Made by a program: the position numbers and the translations under genes. A DNA stretch of 64,000 nucleotides from Methanomassiliicoccales archaeon UBA280 (GTDB taxonomy: Archaea; Thermoplasmatota; Thermoplasmata; SG8-5), in the NCBI GenBank assembly GCA_002499085.1, contig DAKD01000016.1, positions 88,880-152,879 on the forward strand, given 5' to 3'. Positions 1-8,570 of the stretch are shown here, in pieces. Position 1 is the stretch's first letter. Each line of letters opens with the position of its first letter. The notes beneath the pieces are model-generated. The model made no database searches. It saw only the letters and a list, made by a program, of their open reading frames with translations, and was not told the DNA's origin.

Positions 1-2
1 TG

Positions 3-740
3 ATGCAAAAAACCGAAGCATCAGACATCGTTCCTTGCCAAACGACCCTTTTCAATAACTCGGTACTTGAACGTGTGAAAGCCTTCATGAAAAACAATGC
101 GAATACAGAATATAACTCTTGGACGCTTGACAAGAAGCTTTGCATCAAGGATAGCACGGCCCGTTCTTGTCTTTCTAAACTCTCTTCCAGTGGGCATGTC
201 GTGAGGACTCGAAAGGGATTCTATCGGGCTGCAATCGAATTCGACAACATACCTGCCTGGCTCCGGGACAATCTTTACATATCTGGCATAAAAATTCAAG
301 CAAATTTTCCGGAATTACACGACAACGGAATAAACGGTCTTAAACATCACCCCAAAACCACTCAGAAAGATGGCCAAATATACAACATTCAGTTTGAATC
401 TGGGAATGCGACAATATTCGTGCACTGGAATGCAGATGTCGATATACATTACCAGCGCCCGAACCACCCACTCAGCTACTTGGATTATGCAAAATTTATC
501 GCATTTCTTCATGGCATTTTCCCGAGCTTCAACAAGATGAATCCTTTCCTGGTCAGTATTGAACTGGGGGCTGCTGTGAAACTTCTGCCACGAGATGAGG
601 AACGTGCTGCCAATCTCGAAGCCATTGATAGGGTCTGGAATCGCGCTATGCTCTGCCGAGACCGTCGAGCCAAGGAGCAAGGCGATGTGTGTGTTCAGAT
701 TCGGGAATTGCAAACTTATTTGGAAGTAGTAAAGAACTGA
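3..740 (+). CDS. hypothetical island-associated protein with wHTH-like N-terminal segment (possibly 5'-truncated at window edge)
   Basis: 245-aa ORF. Local GC is visibly lower than downstream core genes. Segment LDKKLCIKDSTARSCLSKLSSSGHVVRTRKGFY resembles a winged HTH. No catalytic motifs recognised. Confidence 0.35.
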   Translation: MQKTEASDIVPCQTTLFNNSVLERVKAFMKNNANTEYNSWTLDKKLCIKDSTARSCLSKLSSSGHVVRTRKGFYRAAIEFDNIPAWLRDNLYISGIKIQANFPELHDNGINGLKHHPKTTQKDGQIYNIQFESGNATIFVHWNADVDIHYQRPNHPLSYLDYAKFIAFLHGIFPSFNKMNPFLVSIELGAAVKLLPRDEERAANLEAIDRVWNRAMLCRDRRAKEQGDVCVQIRELQTYLEVVKN

Positions 741-758
741 ATAAATGAAGGTAGAACC

Positions 759-1955
759 ATGAACAACATCCGGCAGAACCCCAGGAAAGCAGGCGAGTCG
801 TCGCTCCCCAGTACCCACCTTTCCGAGCCCGGAAAAGGACACGATGATGATGCGCTTGCCTGCCCCGAGAACGTTCTGCTGGACGTCACCCCGAATGTCT
901 TGGAAAATATTGCAAAACCTTGCAGTAAGATTACCGAAGTTGAAAAATGTAAAAGCGCCCTTAGAGAACGATACCCTGATACCGTAACAGCCGAGCAATT
1001 GTCCCGAGCTACAGGGGTGAGCAAGAGCAACATTTATTCCTATGCAACGAGATGCCCCGAAATTAAAAAATTAGGCAATGGCCTATATCAATGGCAGGAC
1101 CCAAACCAGATTAAAAACGACCTTTATGACAGCCCTACACCCTATCACAACATTCATTTTGTTAGAAAAGGGGGTAGCCCCCCCAATCTAACAGGCCTGC
1201 AACCGGGGGAGAACGTCATCTTGAATCATTACGGGCGCAAGATATGGTTTCTCGTACATCCTGACACTATTGAATTGAGAATCGGCTGTACAGATAATCC
1301 CTATCCCGACATCGAGTTGGTATGCCTTTTCGAGTTGTTCAAAGTTCAATATGGTTTGAACCTCTTTGATGGGGCCTGGGAAGGTACTTTGGAAGCGGGG
1401 GGCGATTCGGATAAGCTTCGGTTGGACGGGCTGACCTGCGCAACACTCACCCCCATCCTGGAGAGTTGGAGAGTCAAGGCTTACAATCATGCCGGAAGGG
1501 CGAGGCTGGAGATTACCAATATCAAGACCGGAAACATCGTCGATTTAATTCTGGAAAAATCAAGGTTGATGTTTGAACGAAAAATGGCGCAGTTGATGAA
1601 GGAACAGAATAGGATCCTAAAGATATTACAGACTCGGTTAGATGAACATTTACTTCTTTCGCATTCTCAGGAAAAAGATGAGTCAGAGCCCGTCAAGGAA
1701 CCTAAACCTAAAGTCGAGTCAAAAACAAAGCCGGAGGTTGGGAAGGTAGAACCAGGTTCCAAAGAAGACCTATGCCCACAATGTTCGATGCAGATAGAAA
1801 GGGGCGCATCTGGTGAAATTCAATGCAATTGTGGCTATCAATTCTTGCCCCAGTATCAGGGTGAGGTTGCATTTCAACGTGCAGAACCCTCAGGAAACGA
1901 ATGTAAATCACAAGACCAGCATCTTGGAATCAAAGAGGGGGAATCCGATCAATGA
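759..1955 (+). CDS. hypothetical protein: HTH-like N-terminus, coiled-coil, C-terminal zinc ribbon; middle domain paralogous to ORF 3..740
   Basis: 398-aa ORF. HTH-like segment AEQLSRATGVSKSNIYSYA. CxxC...CxC pair CPQCSMQ...IQCNCGYQF. KEPKPKVESKTKPE low-complexity linker. Lower GC than the core genome. Confidence 0.35.
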   Translation: MNNIRQNPRKAGESSLPSTHLSEPGKGHDDDALACPENVLLDVTPNVLENIAKPCSKITEVEKCKSALRERYPDTVTAEQLSRATGVSKSNIYSYATRCPEIKKLGNGLYQWQDPNQIKNDLYDSPTPYHNIHFVRKGGSPPNLTGLQPGENVILNHYGRKIWFLVHPDTIELRIGCTDNPYPDIELVCLFELFKVQYGLNLFDGAWEGTLEAGGDSDKLRLDGLTCATLTPILESWRVKAYNHAGRARLEITNIKTGNIVDLILEKSRLMFERKMAQLMKEQNRILKILQTRLDEHLLLSHSQEKDESEPVKEPKPKVESKTKPEVGKVEPGSKEDLCPQCSMQIERGASGEIQCNCGYQFLPQYQGEVAFQRAEPSGNECKSQDQHLGIKEGESDQ

Positions 1956-2207
1956 CCGTCCTTGGAAATCTGGACAGGAAAGGAACCGGTTTGGCACAAT
2001 TCCACCAATCCCCACTGGCCAGCAGGCCAGGAAATGCCAGGCCGCTTCCCCTGAATTCGGCTTTCCCAGACACAACCCGGGGGTGCTTGCTAACTGAGTA
2101 GCAACGCCCCCACCCACGCACCACGGCGAGTCGCCACGCTCTACACCAGCGAGCATGCAGGGCACGGACACAACGTCAAGGATCGGAACAGCCCCGATGG
2201 ATGCTGC

Positions 2208-3380
2208 ATGTACGGCCATGTCCTAAATACATCCTTTGATAATACCCCCCCGAGGCATGATAATGCCGAGGATGAACAGGATATTCTCCCTGAAATGGCT
2301 CCTTCGGGGAAAGCAACTGGACATCAAAAACACGAGCGCAAACGCAAGTACAAGCCACGAACCAGGGGTGCAAGGAGCTTGGGCCGATACCCATTCCACG
2401 CATACCTGAAACAATACATCCAGGACTGCAAGCACAGAAAGGCGGAGAATACGCTGTGGCAAGAGGAACGCACGCTGAGGCGCATACACGACCACTTCGC
2501 AGAACTGAAGGCACAAGGCAGGGTCTCCTCCTCAAACCCAAAGAAAATGACAGAGAAGGACGTCAAGGAGTTCCTGTACTACATACAGCAGCTCAACCTT
2601 CACATCAACACACAGGCCAAGTACAGCCAGTACCTCCAAAGTTTCCTGACCTTCTGCGAGAATCCCTGCATGAGCAGGCTCAAACTGAGGAAGGAACTGC
2701 CGAGAGCGAGACACGACCAGGAGATACGGGTGCTCAGCGAGGAGGAGATAGAGAGGCTCCTCAACATTGCGGACCAGCTGCCGGGATGGAAAGGGACGGT
2801 GATGTCGTTCGCTGTCCGTTTCTACTTCTACACAGGGCTGAGGGCAGGAGAGCTGCGTACAGCCCATCTCGTGGACATAGACACGTTCAAGTGGACTTTC
2901 TATGTCCGGCACCCGAAGGGCGAGAAGACATGGGGCAGCAAGGCGACTATACCAATCATACCGCATCTGAGGCCCTATGTCGTGGAATACCTGGAGAAGC
3001 GTGAGAAACGCCTGCAAGAGCGGGGCATCGAGAAGTGCGATGCGCTGCTGCCCAACCTGAACCTGAAGAAGGACAGGGGGCAGTTCTATATCGCACAGAC
3101 GTTCCTCAAAATGAGGTACGAACTGATCGAGGCCTCGGGCGTGAACTTCGACTTCAGGGTGCTGAGGCGCTGCTGCGGTCAATTCCTACGCGACCGAGAC
3201 GTGCCCATCGACGCAGTGTCGAAAATCCTTCGCCACCAAACAACACGAACCACCGAACTCTACTACGCTCGAATACGTGACACGAAAGCCTACGCAGAGA
3301 TAGAGGACGCATGGAGCCGGCGACCTTTAGCAAGCCGAGGTGCAGAAAAGCCGTTGATAGAAATAGTGCCAGGCAAGTGA
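2208..3380 (+). CDS. tyrosine recombinase / phage-type integrase (XerC/D-like)
   Basis: 390-aa ORF. C-terminal catalytic-domain layout: GLRAGELR (Arg I), FRVLRRCCGQF (box II HxxR-like), KILRHQTTRTTELYY (His/Tyr nucleophile region). The basic unstructured N-terminal 60 aa suggests the true start may be an internal Met. Confidence 0.8.
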   Translation: MYGHVLNTSFDNTPPRHDNAEDEQDILPEMAPSGKATGHQKHERKRKYKPRTRGARSLGRYPFHAYLKQYIQDCKHRKAENTLWQEERTLRRIHDHFAELKAQGRVSSSNPKKMTEKDVKEFLYYIQQLNLHINTQAKYSQYLQSFLTFCENPCMSRLKLRKELPRARHDQEIRVLSEEEIERLLNIADQLPGWKGTVMSFAVRFYFYTGLRAGELRTAHLVDIDTFKWTFYVRHPKGEKTWGSKATIPIIPHLRPYVVEYLEKREKRLQERGIEKCDALLPNLNLKKDRGQFYIAQTFLKMRYELIEASGVNFDFRVLRRCCGQFLRDRDVPIDAVSKILRHQTTRTTELYYARIRDTKAYAEIEDAWSRRPLASRGAEKPLIEIVPGK

Positions 3381-3482
3381 AAATATTTCCCGTTGGGTCC
3401 ATTTTTCTTTCTATTATTGTTTTAAAAGCAATGAAAAATGGTAAGCCTAATCGCCCAACATTGAATCCTCGATTAGGCGCTA

Positions 3483-3516
3483 CCAACAAACTAGCGACAT
3501 TGACAAACAATCGCAG
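3483..3516. repeat. copy 1 of ~35-nt iteron-like repeat (CCRACRAACTRGCG...CAAYMAW...GC)
   Basis: ccaacaaactagcgacattgacaaacaatcgc aligns with the copies at 3622 and 5838. It sits inside a hairpin-rich AT-rich intergenic region downstream of the integrase. Confidence 0.45.
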
Positions 3517-3621
3517 AGTCTGTTTGTTGTATTTCCTTGACTCGATTCTTTCACCTTTTTAGCATCAGCTAGAAAAAATTTTTTGGCAGGTCGAATCTCG
3601 CCAATAATCCAGGTTTCGACC

Positions 3622-3664
3622 GTGCCGACGAACTAGCGATTCTCAGCAATCAATAGCGAACAGC
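3622..3664. repeat. copy 2 of iteron-like repeat
   Basis: gtgccgacgaactagcgattctcagcaatcaatagcgaac: 11/11 identity to copy 3 over GCCGACGAACT, plus downstream GCG..CAGCA..AATA.GC matches. Confidence 0.5.
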
Positions 3665-3715
3665 ACCCTATTCGATGGACAGTTAGAATAGTTATGAAAA
3701 CATTGGAGGTGGTGC

Positions 3716-3898
3716 ATGACCAAGAATCGAGTGGTTTATACGAAGGGGTTCAAACTGGCGATTTTGTCACAAATTGAATCCGAACTCCCACTTGCCCAGG
3801 TAGCCCGCGAGAATGGCCTCCACCCGGCCTTGGTAAGCCGGTGGAAGAAGTATAGAAGAACGGTTCTCGCCTTCCAGGAATGGGGGGATATCGACTAA
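3716..3898 (+). mobile_element. IS3-family transposase OrfA N-terminal HTH fragment (remnant, no OrfB)
   Basis: 60-aa ORF KNRVVYTKGFKLAILSQIESELPLAQVARENGLHPALVSRWKKY fits the IS3/IS911 OrfA HTH pattern (YSxEFKLxAV...VARExGI....LxRWxKxY). No leucine zipper or DDE domain follows, and the downstream plus-frame ORF is antisense to a real gene. Confidence 0.5.
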
Positions 3899-4623
3899 TA
3901 AATTATACGCCTCAATCCCTCAACCATGTTTCTTGCACTTTCCGACGAGATGCCGTATTTATCAGCTCCGTCCCTGGACTCAGCAACTCGGTCCAACACC
4001 GGCTTTATGAATTCATGCTCCGAGAAGAACCGGCCGAGCTGGCCTATGTTCAGGTCCGTTCCGCCCCTGGCCGGATCAATGAGGGCCAGTATATCCGAGT
4101 AATCCTTGATTATCTTCGCCCATTCATGGGTCTGATTCATGCTGGCTCCATGGTCATATCTCCAGCGTCTGTCCCAGGCGGCCTTCGTCTTCATCATCAG
4201 GAGCACAGAGCGGCTCGGGACAGGTATTTCTTGGCCTGCTATCCGTTTCACCTGGACGTTGCCCGTGATTATTCCCAGGTCGAAAGAGCCGTGGGAGCCC
4301 TCGAAAACGTCAGAGCCTCGGGATGCAAAGTCTATCGATACCTTTCCGGCCGGCGTATCCTTGAACACGGATGCCGAAGCTGATAGCCCGTCCTGGTCTG
4401 GGTGGAACCCGTGATTGTCCAGAAGGTGCTTCCTCAGGCTCGCCTTCGTCCTGTTGTTCGTCACTAGGTCGATGTCCACAGAACCCCAATAGGGATTGTA
4501 AGCATATACGGCCCAACCGCCCACGAGAACGGTCGAGGACTCTGTGAGTTCATCCTCACGTCCGCGCACCCATTCGAAAATGGTCTGGAGCACTCTCAAG
4601 GATTCAACGGCGATGGGTTCCAT
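3895..4623 (-). CDS. minimal nucleotidyltransferase-fold protein, AbiEii-like (type IV TA toxin-like)
   Basis: 242-aa ORF. VLVGGWAVYAYNPYWGSVDIDLV matches the pol-beta NTase signature hG[GS]x9-13DhD of the AbiEii/DUF1814 type. Overlaps the upstream partner gene by 20 nt. Confidence 0.5.
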   Translation of the reverse strand: MEPIAVESLRVLQTIFEWVRGREDELTESSTVLVGGWAVYAYNPYWGSVDIDLVTNNRTKASLRKHLLDNHGFHPDQDGLSASASVFKDTPAGKVSIDFASRGSDVFEGSHGSFDLGIITGNVQVKRIAGQEIPVPSRSVLLMMKTKAAWDRRWRYDHGASMNQTHEWAKIIKDYSDILALIDPARGGTDLNIGQLGRFFSEHEFIKPVLDRVAESRDGADKYGISSESARNMVEGLRRIIY

Positions 4624-5683
4624 ATTGCTCCACTATGTTGTTCAATAAGTCCCGTCCAGAATAGCCGAGCCCGGCGACATCCAGAAGCGTCTGGGCTCTG
4701 GATGTGATTTTTACGCCGTCTGCAATCTCTGCGTCCGCGAACACATCCCTGTCGCTCAGCAACACGATAATCTTGATTCCCGAGTTCAGCCTGGCGTCAT
4801 GAAATTCGTTCCTGAGTATCTCGCCAGTCTCCTTCGTCGAAATATAGCAATACACAAGGTCGCTCCGGATCCCATAACCGAACTGGTATGCCGCTGCGGT
4901 ATAGACACCGAGGGCAATCTGCTTGTCCCAGCTTTCTGCGGCTCGGGTCAGGGTACGCGCCAGCTCGTGCGTGGACTCGACACCGGTCGTTATTTCATCT
5001 GTCTGAAGGGCCTTGAGCGGCCTCTCCCATGCGATGGCGCTGAACAGTGTCTCCAAATCGCCGAGTTCCACCGCGTTGCCTTTCTGGGAAATGATCCCCC
5101 TGGACTCCAGGTTCTTCACAGTCCTGTGGGTCCATGCATAGGACACTTTCTCTTCCTGGGAGATGCTCCTGATCGAGCATGGGCCTGTTCTGAGAAGGTG
5201 GGTGATGACCTTCCAGGCCTTCTCGGAGGTCAACTTTCCTCGGGGTGTGGTCCTTTCCTGGCTGACTGAAAACTCATATGGTAGGCGTATTAGTTTGATT
5301 CCGATTTCTGTGGCTGCGGAATGAATAACCTCAGGGATGACCTTTGCAGCCAGCGCAATCTCTACCCTCTCGTCGCTCAATCTCTGGAAGAGGAGAAGCT
5401 TGGAAACGGTTTCCCATGTCGCTGTATGGGTTATCTCGATAATGTAAAGTCTGTTACCATCCCGAATCAGTATATCTGGCCTGAGATTATATTTGTCATT
5501 CAGCAGATAATCGTGGACCAAGTTACCGTTCTCACTCACGTTGAGCTCTTGCCGAATGAAGCTCTCGAGGGCCTGGGAATTCTTCGGAGTTAGTTTCATA
5601 ACTATATCGGCAGAATATAGATAGTATTTAAATGTATCAGTGATATATATCGCTAATTTGCGATATGGGAGAGGAGGTATCAC
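4604..5683 (-). CDS. AbiEi-like putative antitoxin/regulator (PD-(D/E)XK-like N-domain + wHTH + C-terminal domain)
   Basis: 359-aa ORF upstream of and overlapping the NTase gene, in the AbiEi then AbiEii order. Internal wHTH-like AWKVITHLLRTGPCSIRSISQEEKVSYAWTHRTVKNLESRGII. DILIRDGNRLYIIEITH is nuclease-fold-like. A TATA-like gtttatatacc lies at 5764-5774 on the minus strand. Confidence 0.4.
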   Translation of the reverse strand: MIPPLPYRKLAIYITDTFKYYLYSADIVMKLTPKNSQALESFIRQELNVSENGNLVHDYLLNDKYNLRPDILIRDGNRLYIIEITHTATWETVSKLLLFQRLSDERVEIALAAKVIPEVIHSAATEIGIKLIRLPYEFSVSQERTTPRGKLTSEKAWKVITHLLRTGPCSIRSISQEEKVSYAWTHRTVKNLESRGIISQKGNAVELGDLETLFSAIAWERPLKALQTDEITTGVESTHELARTLTRAAESWDKQIALGVYTAAAYQFGYGIRSDLVYCYISTKETGEILRNEFHDARLNSGIKIIVLLSDRDVFADAEIADGVKITSRAQTLLDVAGLGYSGRDLLNNIVEQYGTHRR

Positions 5684-5837
5684 TGATAGGGGCCGTTCCG
5701 CAATTGAGGTACATTTCTATCCTTGAAAAAAAGAAAAAAGGGGACGATTTTCACATTTCGAAAGGTATATAAACTACCCCTTCAACTAGAAAATGGCAAG
5801 CCGAATTGGAATTGCTGATTGAAACTTCAATTCAGCG

Positions 5838-5878
5838 CAGCCGACGAACTGGCGGCTGCCAGCATAAATAAGCATAGT
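5838..5878. repeat. copy 3 of iteron-like repeat (possible att/boundary of integrated element)
   Basis: cagccgacgaactggcggctgccagcataaataagcat matches copy 2 at about 26 of 36 positions. Lies 2.2 kb from copy 2, bracketing the IS fragment and AbiE-like pair. Confidence 0.5.
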
Positions 5879-5963
5879 ATGTTCGTCGCTCTCATTGATT
5901 CGTTTCTCTCATCCTTTCAGAAATAACCGAATCCTTATGTACCGGGTAATATATGCCAGAAGC

Positions 5964-7271
5964 ATGAAGCTCTTCGGCTCGTCCGGCATCCGGGGCAGGT
6001 TCGGCGACCTGATTACTCCCGAGTTCGCCTGCCGTGTCGGCCAGTCCGTAGGGGCCAAGTATGACCGCGTTGTCGTGGGCTGGGACACCAGGACAACCAG
6101 CCCCCTGCTGGCCGGGGCCGTGCTTTCCGGCCTTGCTTCCGCGGGTTGCAATGCCTGCTCTGCCGGTATGGTATCCACGCCGACCCTTGCCAATGCAGCG
6201 AGGGATTTCAAGGCCGGCATCATGATAACTGCCTCTCACAACCCGCCCGCAGACAACGGTGTCAAGCTCTGGAACCCGGACGGCTCGTCCTTCGGCATGG
6301 GGCAGATGGAAGAGACGGAGAGATTCCTTCTCGGGGAAAAGCCGGCATTGGCCAAGTGGGACAGGATCGGGCGTTTGGAATCCGTCGACAACGCCGTTGA
6401 AAGCCACATCCTGAGGATATCCAAGGAAATAGGCCAGCTGAAAGCCAAGGTGGTTGTGGACTGCGGCAACGGCGCCGGAACAACTATCACACCGGCGCTC
6501 CTGCGCAGGCTCGGCTGCGATGTAACCGTCATCAACGAACAGCCTGACGGCTCTTTCCCGGGCAGGGGTTCCGAGCCCACCGAGGAGAACACAAAGCCCC
6601 TGGCCAAGCTGGTTGCGGAACACGGCGCTGTCATAGGCCTTGCGCATGACGGGGACGGGGACAGGGTCGTCGCGGTGGATGAGAAAGGCAATTTCGCCGG
6701 AGGCGATGCCCTGCTTCCGCTTCTGTGCAAGCTTGAAGGCAGGTCCAAAGTGGTTGTCCCGGTCAACGCCAGCATGGCAGTGGAAAGGGCTGTGGGCAAC
6801 GTTCAGGTGATAAGGTGCCGCGTCGGGGACGTCTATGTCTCCGAGAAGATCAAGGAGACAGGCGCGGATTTCGGCGGAGAGCCCTCCGGAACATGGGTAT
6901 TCCCGAAGGTCTCATACTGTCCGGACGGCATATACGCGGCAGCAAGGCTGGTCCAGATCGCGTCGGAGAGGCCGCTCTCGGAGAGAATAGCCGAGATTCC
7001 CAAGTTCTTCACAGTCAGAAAGAGGCTGGACATGCCCCCTGGCATGCGGGAAAAAGCCATGTCACACGTGTCAACGGCCCTCAGGTCCCTCAATCCGAAA
7101 GAAACCTCGGACCTGGACGGGATACGGGCAGTGTTTGATGATGGCTGGATTCTGTTCCGCCCGTCAGGCACCGAACCGAAACTGAAGATTGTGGCGGAAG
7201 CCGAGTCCCGCGAGAGCGCGGACAGGCTTCTGCAGACAGCTTTGAAAATAGGAAAGGAGGCGCTCCAATGA
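5964..7271 (+). CDS. glmM: phosphoglucosamine mutase / phosphomannomutase (alpha-D-phosphohexomutase family)
   Basis: Catalytic phosphoserine loop ITASHNPPADNGVKL. N-terminal MKLFGSSGIRG. Mg-binding DGDGDR. Start moved to the internal Met at 5964, where the family N-terminus begins. Confidence 0.85.
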   Translation: MKLFGSSGIRGRFGDLITPEFACRVGQSVGAKYDRVVVGWDTRTTSPLLAGAVLSGLASAGCNACSAGMVSTPTLANAARDFKAGIMITASHNPPADNGVKLWNPDGSSFGMGQMEETERFLLGEKPALAKWDRIGRLESVDNAVESHILRISKEIGQLKAKVVVDCGNGAGTTITPALLRRLGCDVTVINEQPDGSFPGRGSEPTEENTKPLAKLVAEHGAVIGLAHDGDGDRVVAVDEKGNFAGGDALLPLLCKLEGRSKVVVPVNASMAVERAVGNVQVIRCRVGDVYVSEKIKETGADFGGEPSGTWVFPKVSYCPDGIYAAARLVQIASERPLSERIAEIPKFFTVRKRLDMPPGMREKAMSHVSTALRSLNPKETSDLDGIRAVFDDGWILFRPSGTEPKLKIVAEAESRESADRLLQTALKIGKEALQ

Positions 7272-8494
7272 AGGCATTCATAATGGCAGCGGGCGACGGC
7301 ACCCGCATGAGGCCGCTCACGGCCAACATGCCGAAATCATTGCTACCGGTTGCGGGGAAGCCGCTAATCCAGCATATGCTGGAGACTCTGAAATCCTGCA
7401 GGCTCAAGGACATCACGATACTTGTCAACCCTGGAAGACGATACATCGACCAGGAGTTCGGGGACGGCTCCGACCTGGGCCTCGAGCTCTCTTATGTTGT
7501 GCAGAGGCAGCCGCTGGGCACGGCGAATGCTGTGGGCACTGCCGGGCTGGTCCTTGACGAGCCGTTCCTCTGCCTCAACGGGGATGTCATTGTGAACAAG
7601 CCCACAATCTCGGGAATACTGGCAGATTACAGGAAGAACGGCCTGAATGTTGTCACCGGCGTGAGCGTGGACAACCCCTCCGAATTCGGAATACTCGACA
7701 TCAGCGGCGGAAAGCTGAGGCGCATGGTCGAGAAATCAAGAACCCCGCCGGGCAACCTTGCCAACGCCGGAATATACGTATTCACTCCCGAGATATTCAA
7801 ATGGATCGAGAAAACCGGGAAATCCATTCGCGGCGAATACGAGATAACAGACTCGCTGACCATGATGGCAGAAACGAATCACATCCGCGTCCATGAGTTC
7901 GAGGGCGAGTGGGTGGACGTGGGCAGGCCGTGGGACCTTCTGAGGGCGAACAGGTTGTTCATGGAAAGCCTCAAATCAAAGATGGAAGGCGATGCCCAGC
8001 CAAATGCCACATTGGAGGGTCCTGTGGTTCTGGGCAAGGGAAGCCGCATACTCAACGGGGCCTATGTTATCGGCCCGGTCATAATCGGCGAAGACACTGT
8101 GATAGGGCCGAACTGCTTCATACGTCCGTCCACATTCATCGGGAACGGCTGCAAGGTGGGCAATGCCACCGAAGTCAAGAACTCCATACTCATGGACGGC
8201 GCCAAGGCCCCGCATCACAATTATGTCGGGGACAGCATACTGGGCAGGGAGACCAACCTGGGCTCGGGCACCAAGGTGGCCAACCTGCGACTGGACGGAA
8301 GGAACATCCGTGTAAGCCTTAGAGGCAAAACTGTGGACACAGGCCTGCGGAAGCTCGGAGTGATAACGGGCGACAATGTCAAGGTCGGGGTCAATGCCAG
8401 CATCAACCCCGGCACAATAATCTCCGAGGACTGCCTCATCGGGGCTGGAACGACAGTGGGCGGGACCATCGAGCCGGGTTCCAGAATCTATTGA
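7268..8494 (+). CDS. glmU: bifunctional sugar-1-phosphate nucleotidyltransferase / acetyltransferase (archaeal GlmU-like, NTP-transferase + left-handed beta-helix)
   Basis: N-terminal MAAGDGTRMRPLT (GxGTRxxPxT NTP-transferase motif). C-terminal hexapeptide repeats (VIGPNCFI, IGNGCKVG, VGVNASI). ATGA overlap with the upstream mutase gene. Confidence 0.8.
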   Translation: MKAFIMAAGDGTRMRPLTANMPKSLLPVAGKPLIQHMLETLKSCRLKDITILVNPGRRYIDQEFGDGSDLGLELSYVVQRQPLGTANAVGTAGLVLDEPFLCLNGDVIVNKPTISGILADYRKNGLNVVTGVSVDNPSEFGILDISGGKLRRMVEKSRTPPGNLANAGIYVFTPEIFKWIEKTGKSIRGEYEITDSLTMMAETNHIRVHEFEGEWVDVGRPWDLLRANRLFMESLKSKMEGDAQPNATLEGPVVLGKGSRILNGAYVIGPVIIGEDTVIGPNCFIRPSTFIGNGCKVGNATEVKNSILMDGAKAPHHNYVGDSILGRETNLGSGTKVANLRLDGRNIRVSLRGKTVDTGLRKLGVITGDNVKVGVNASINPGTIISEDCLIGAGTTVGGTIEPGSRIY

Positions 8495-8570
8495 TGGATG
8501 TTGAATGCAAATCCGTGCGCAATATGATAGAGCCGGGTGCGGGGTTTTCTGAGAGTTTGTCACTAATTTA

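Noticed and set aside
2456-3004. 182-aa plus-strand ORF inside the integrase gene (alternate frame)
   Set aside because: Out-of-frame overlap. Low-complexity Arg/Gly/Pro/His-rich translation. The integrase frame carries the catalytic motifs.
3570-3610. Possible tRNA 3' half (ggcaggtcgaatctcgcc resembles a T-arm GGTTCGAATCC) as integrase target
   Set aside because: The T-stem does not pair (GGCAG versus CTCGCC). No acceptor stem or CCA-proximal pairing could be built by eye. Left as unresolved rather than called.
3880-4383. 167-aa plus-strand ORF downstream of the IS3 OrfA fragment considered as a possible OrfB/DDE transposase
   Set aside because: No DDE motifs. Lies antisense to the NTase-fold gene, which has a clear hG[GS]…DhD signature.
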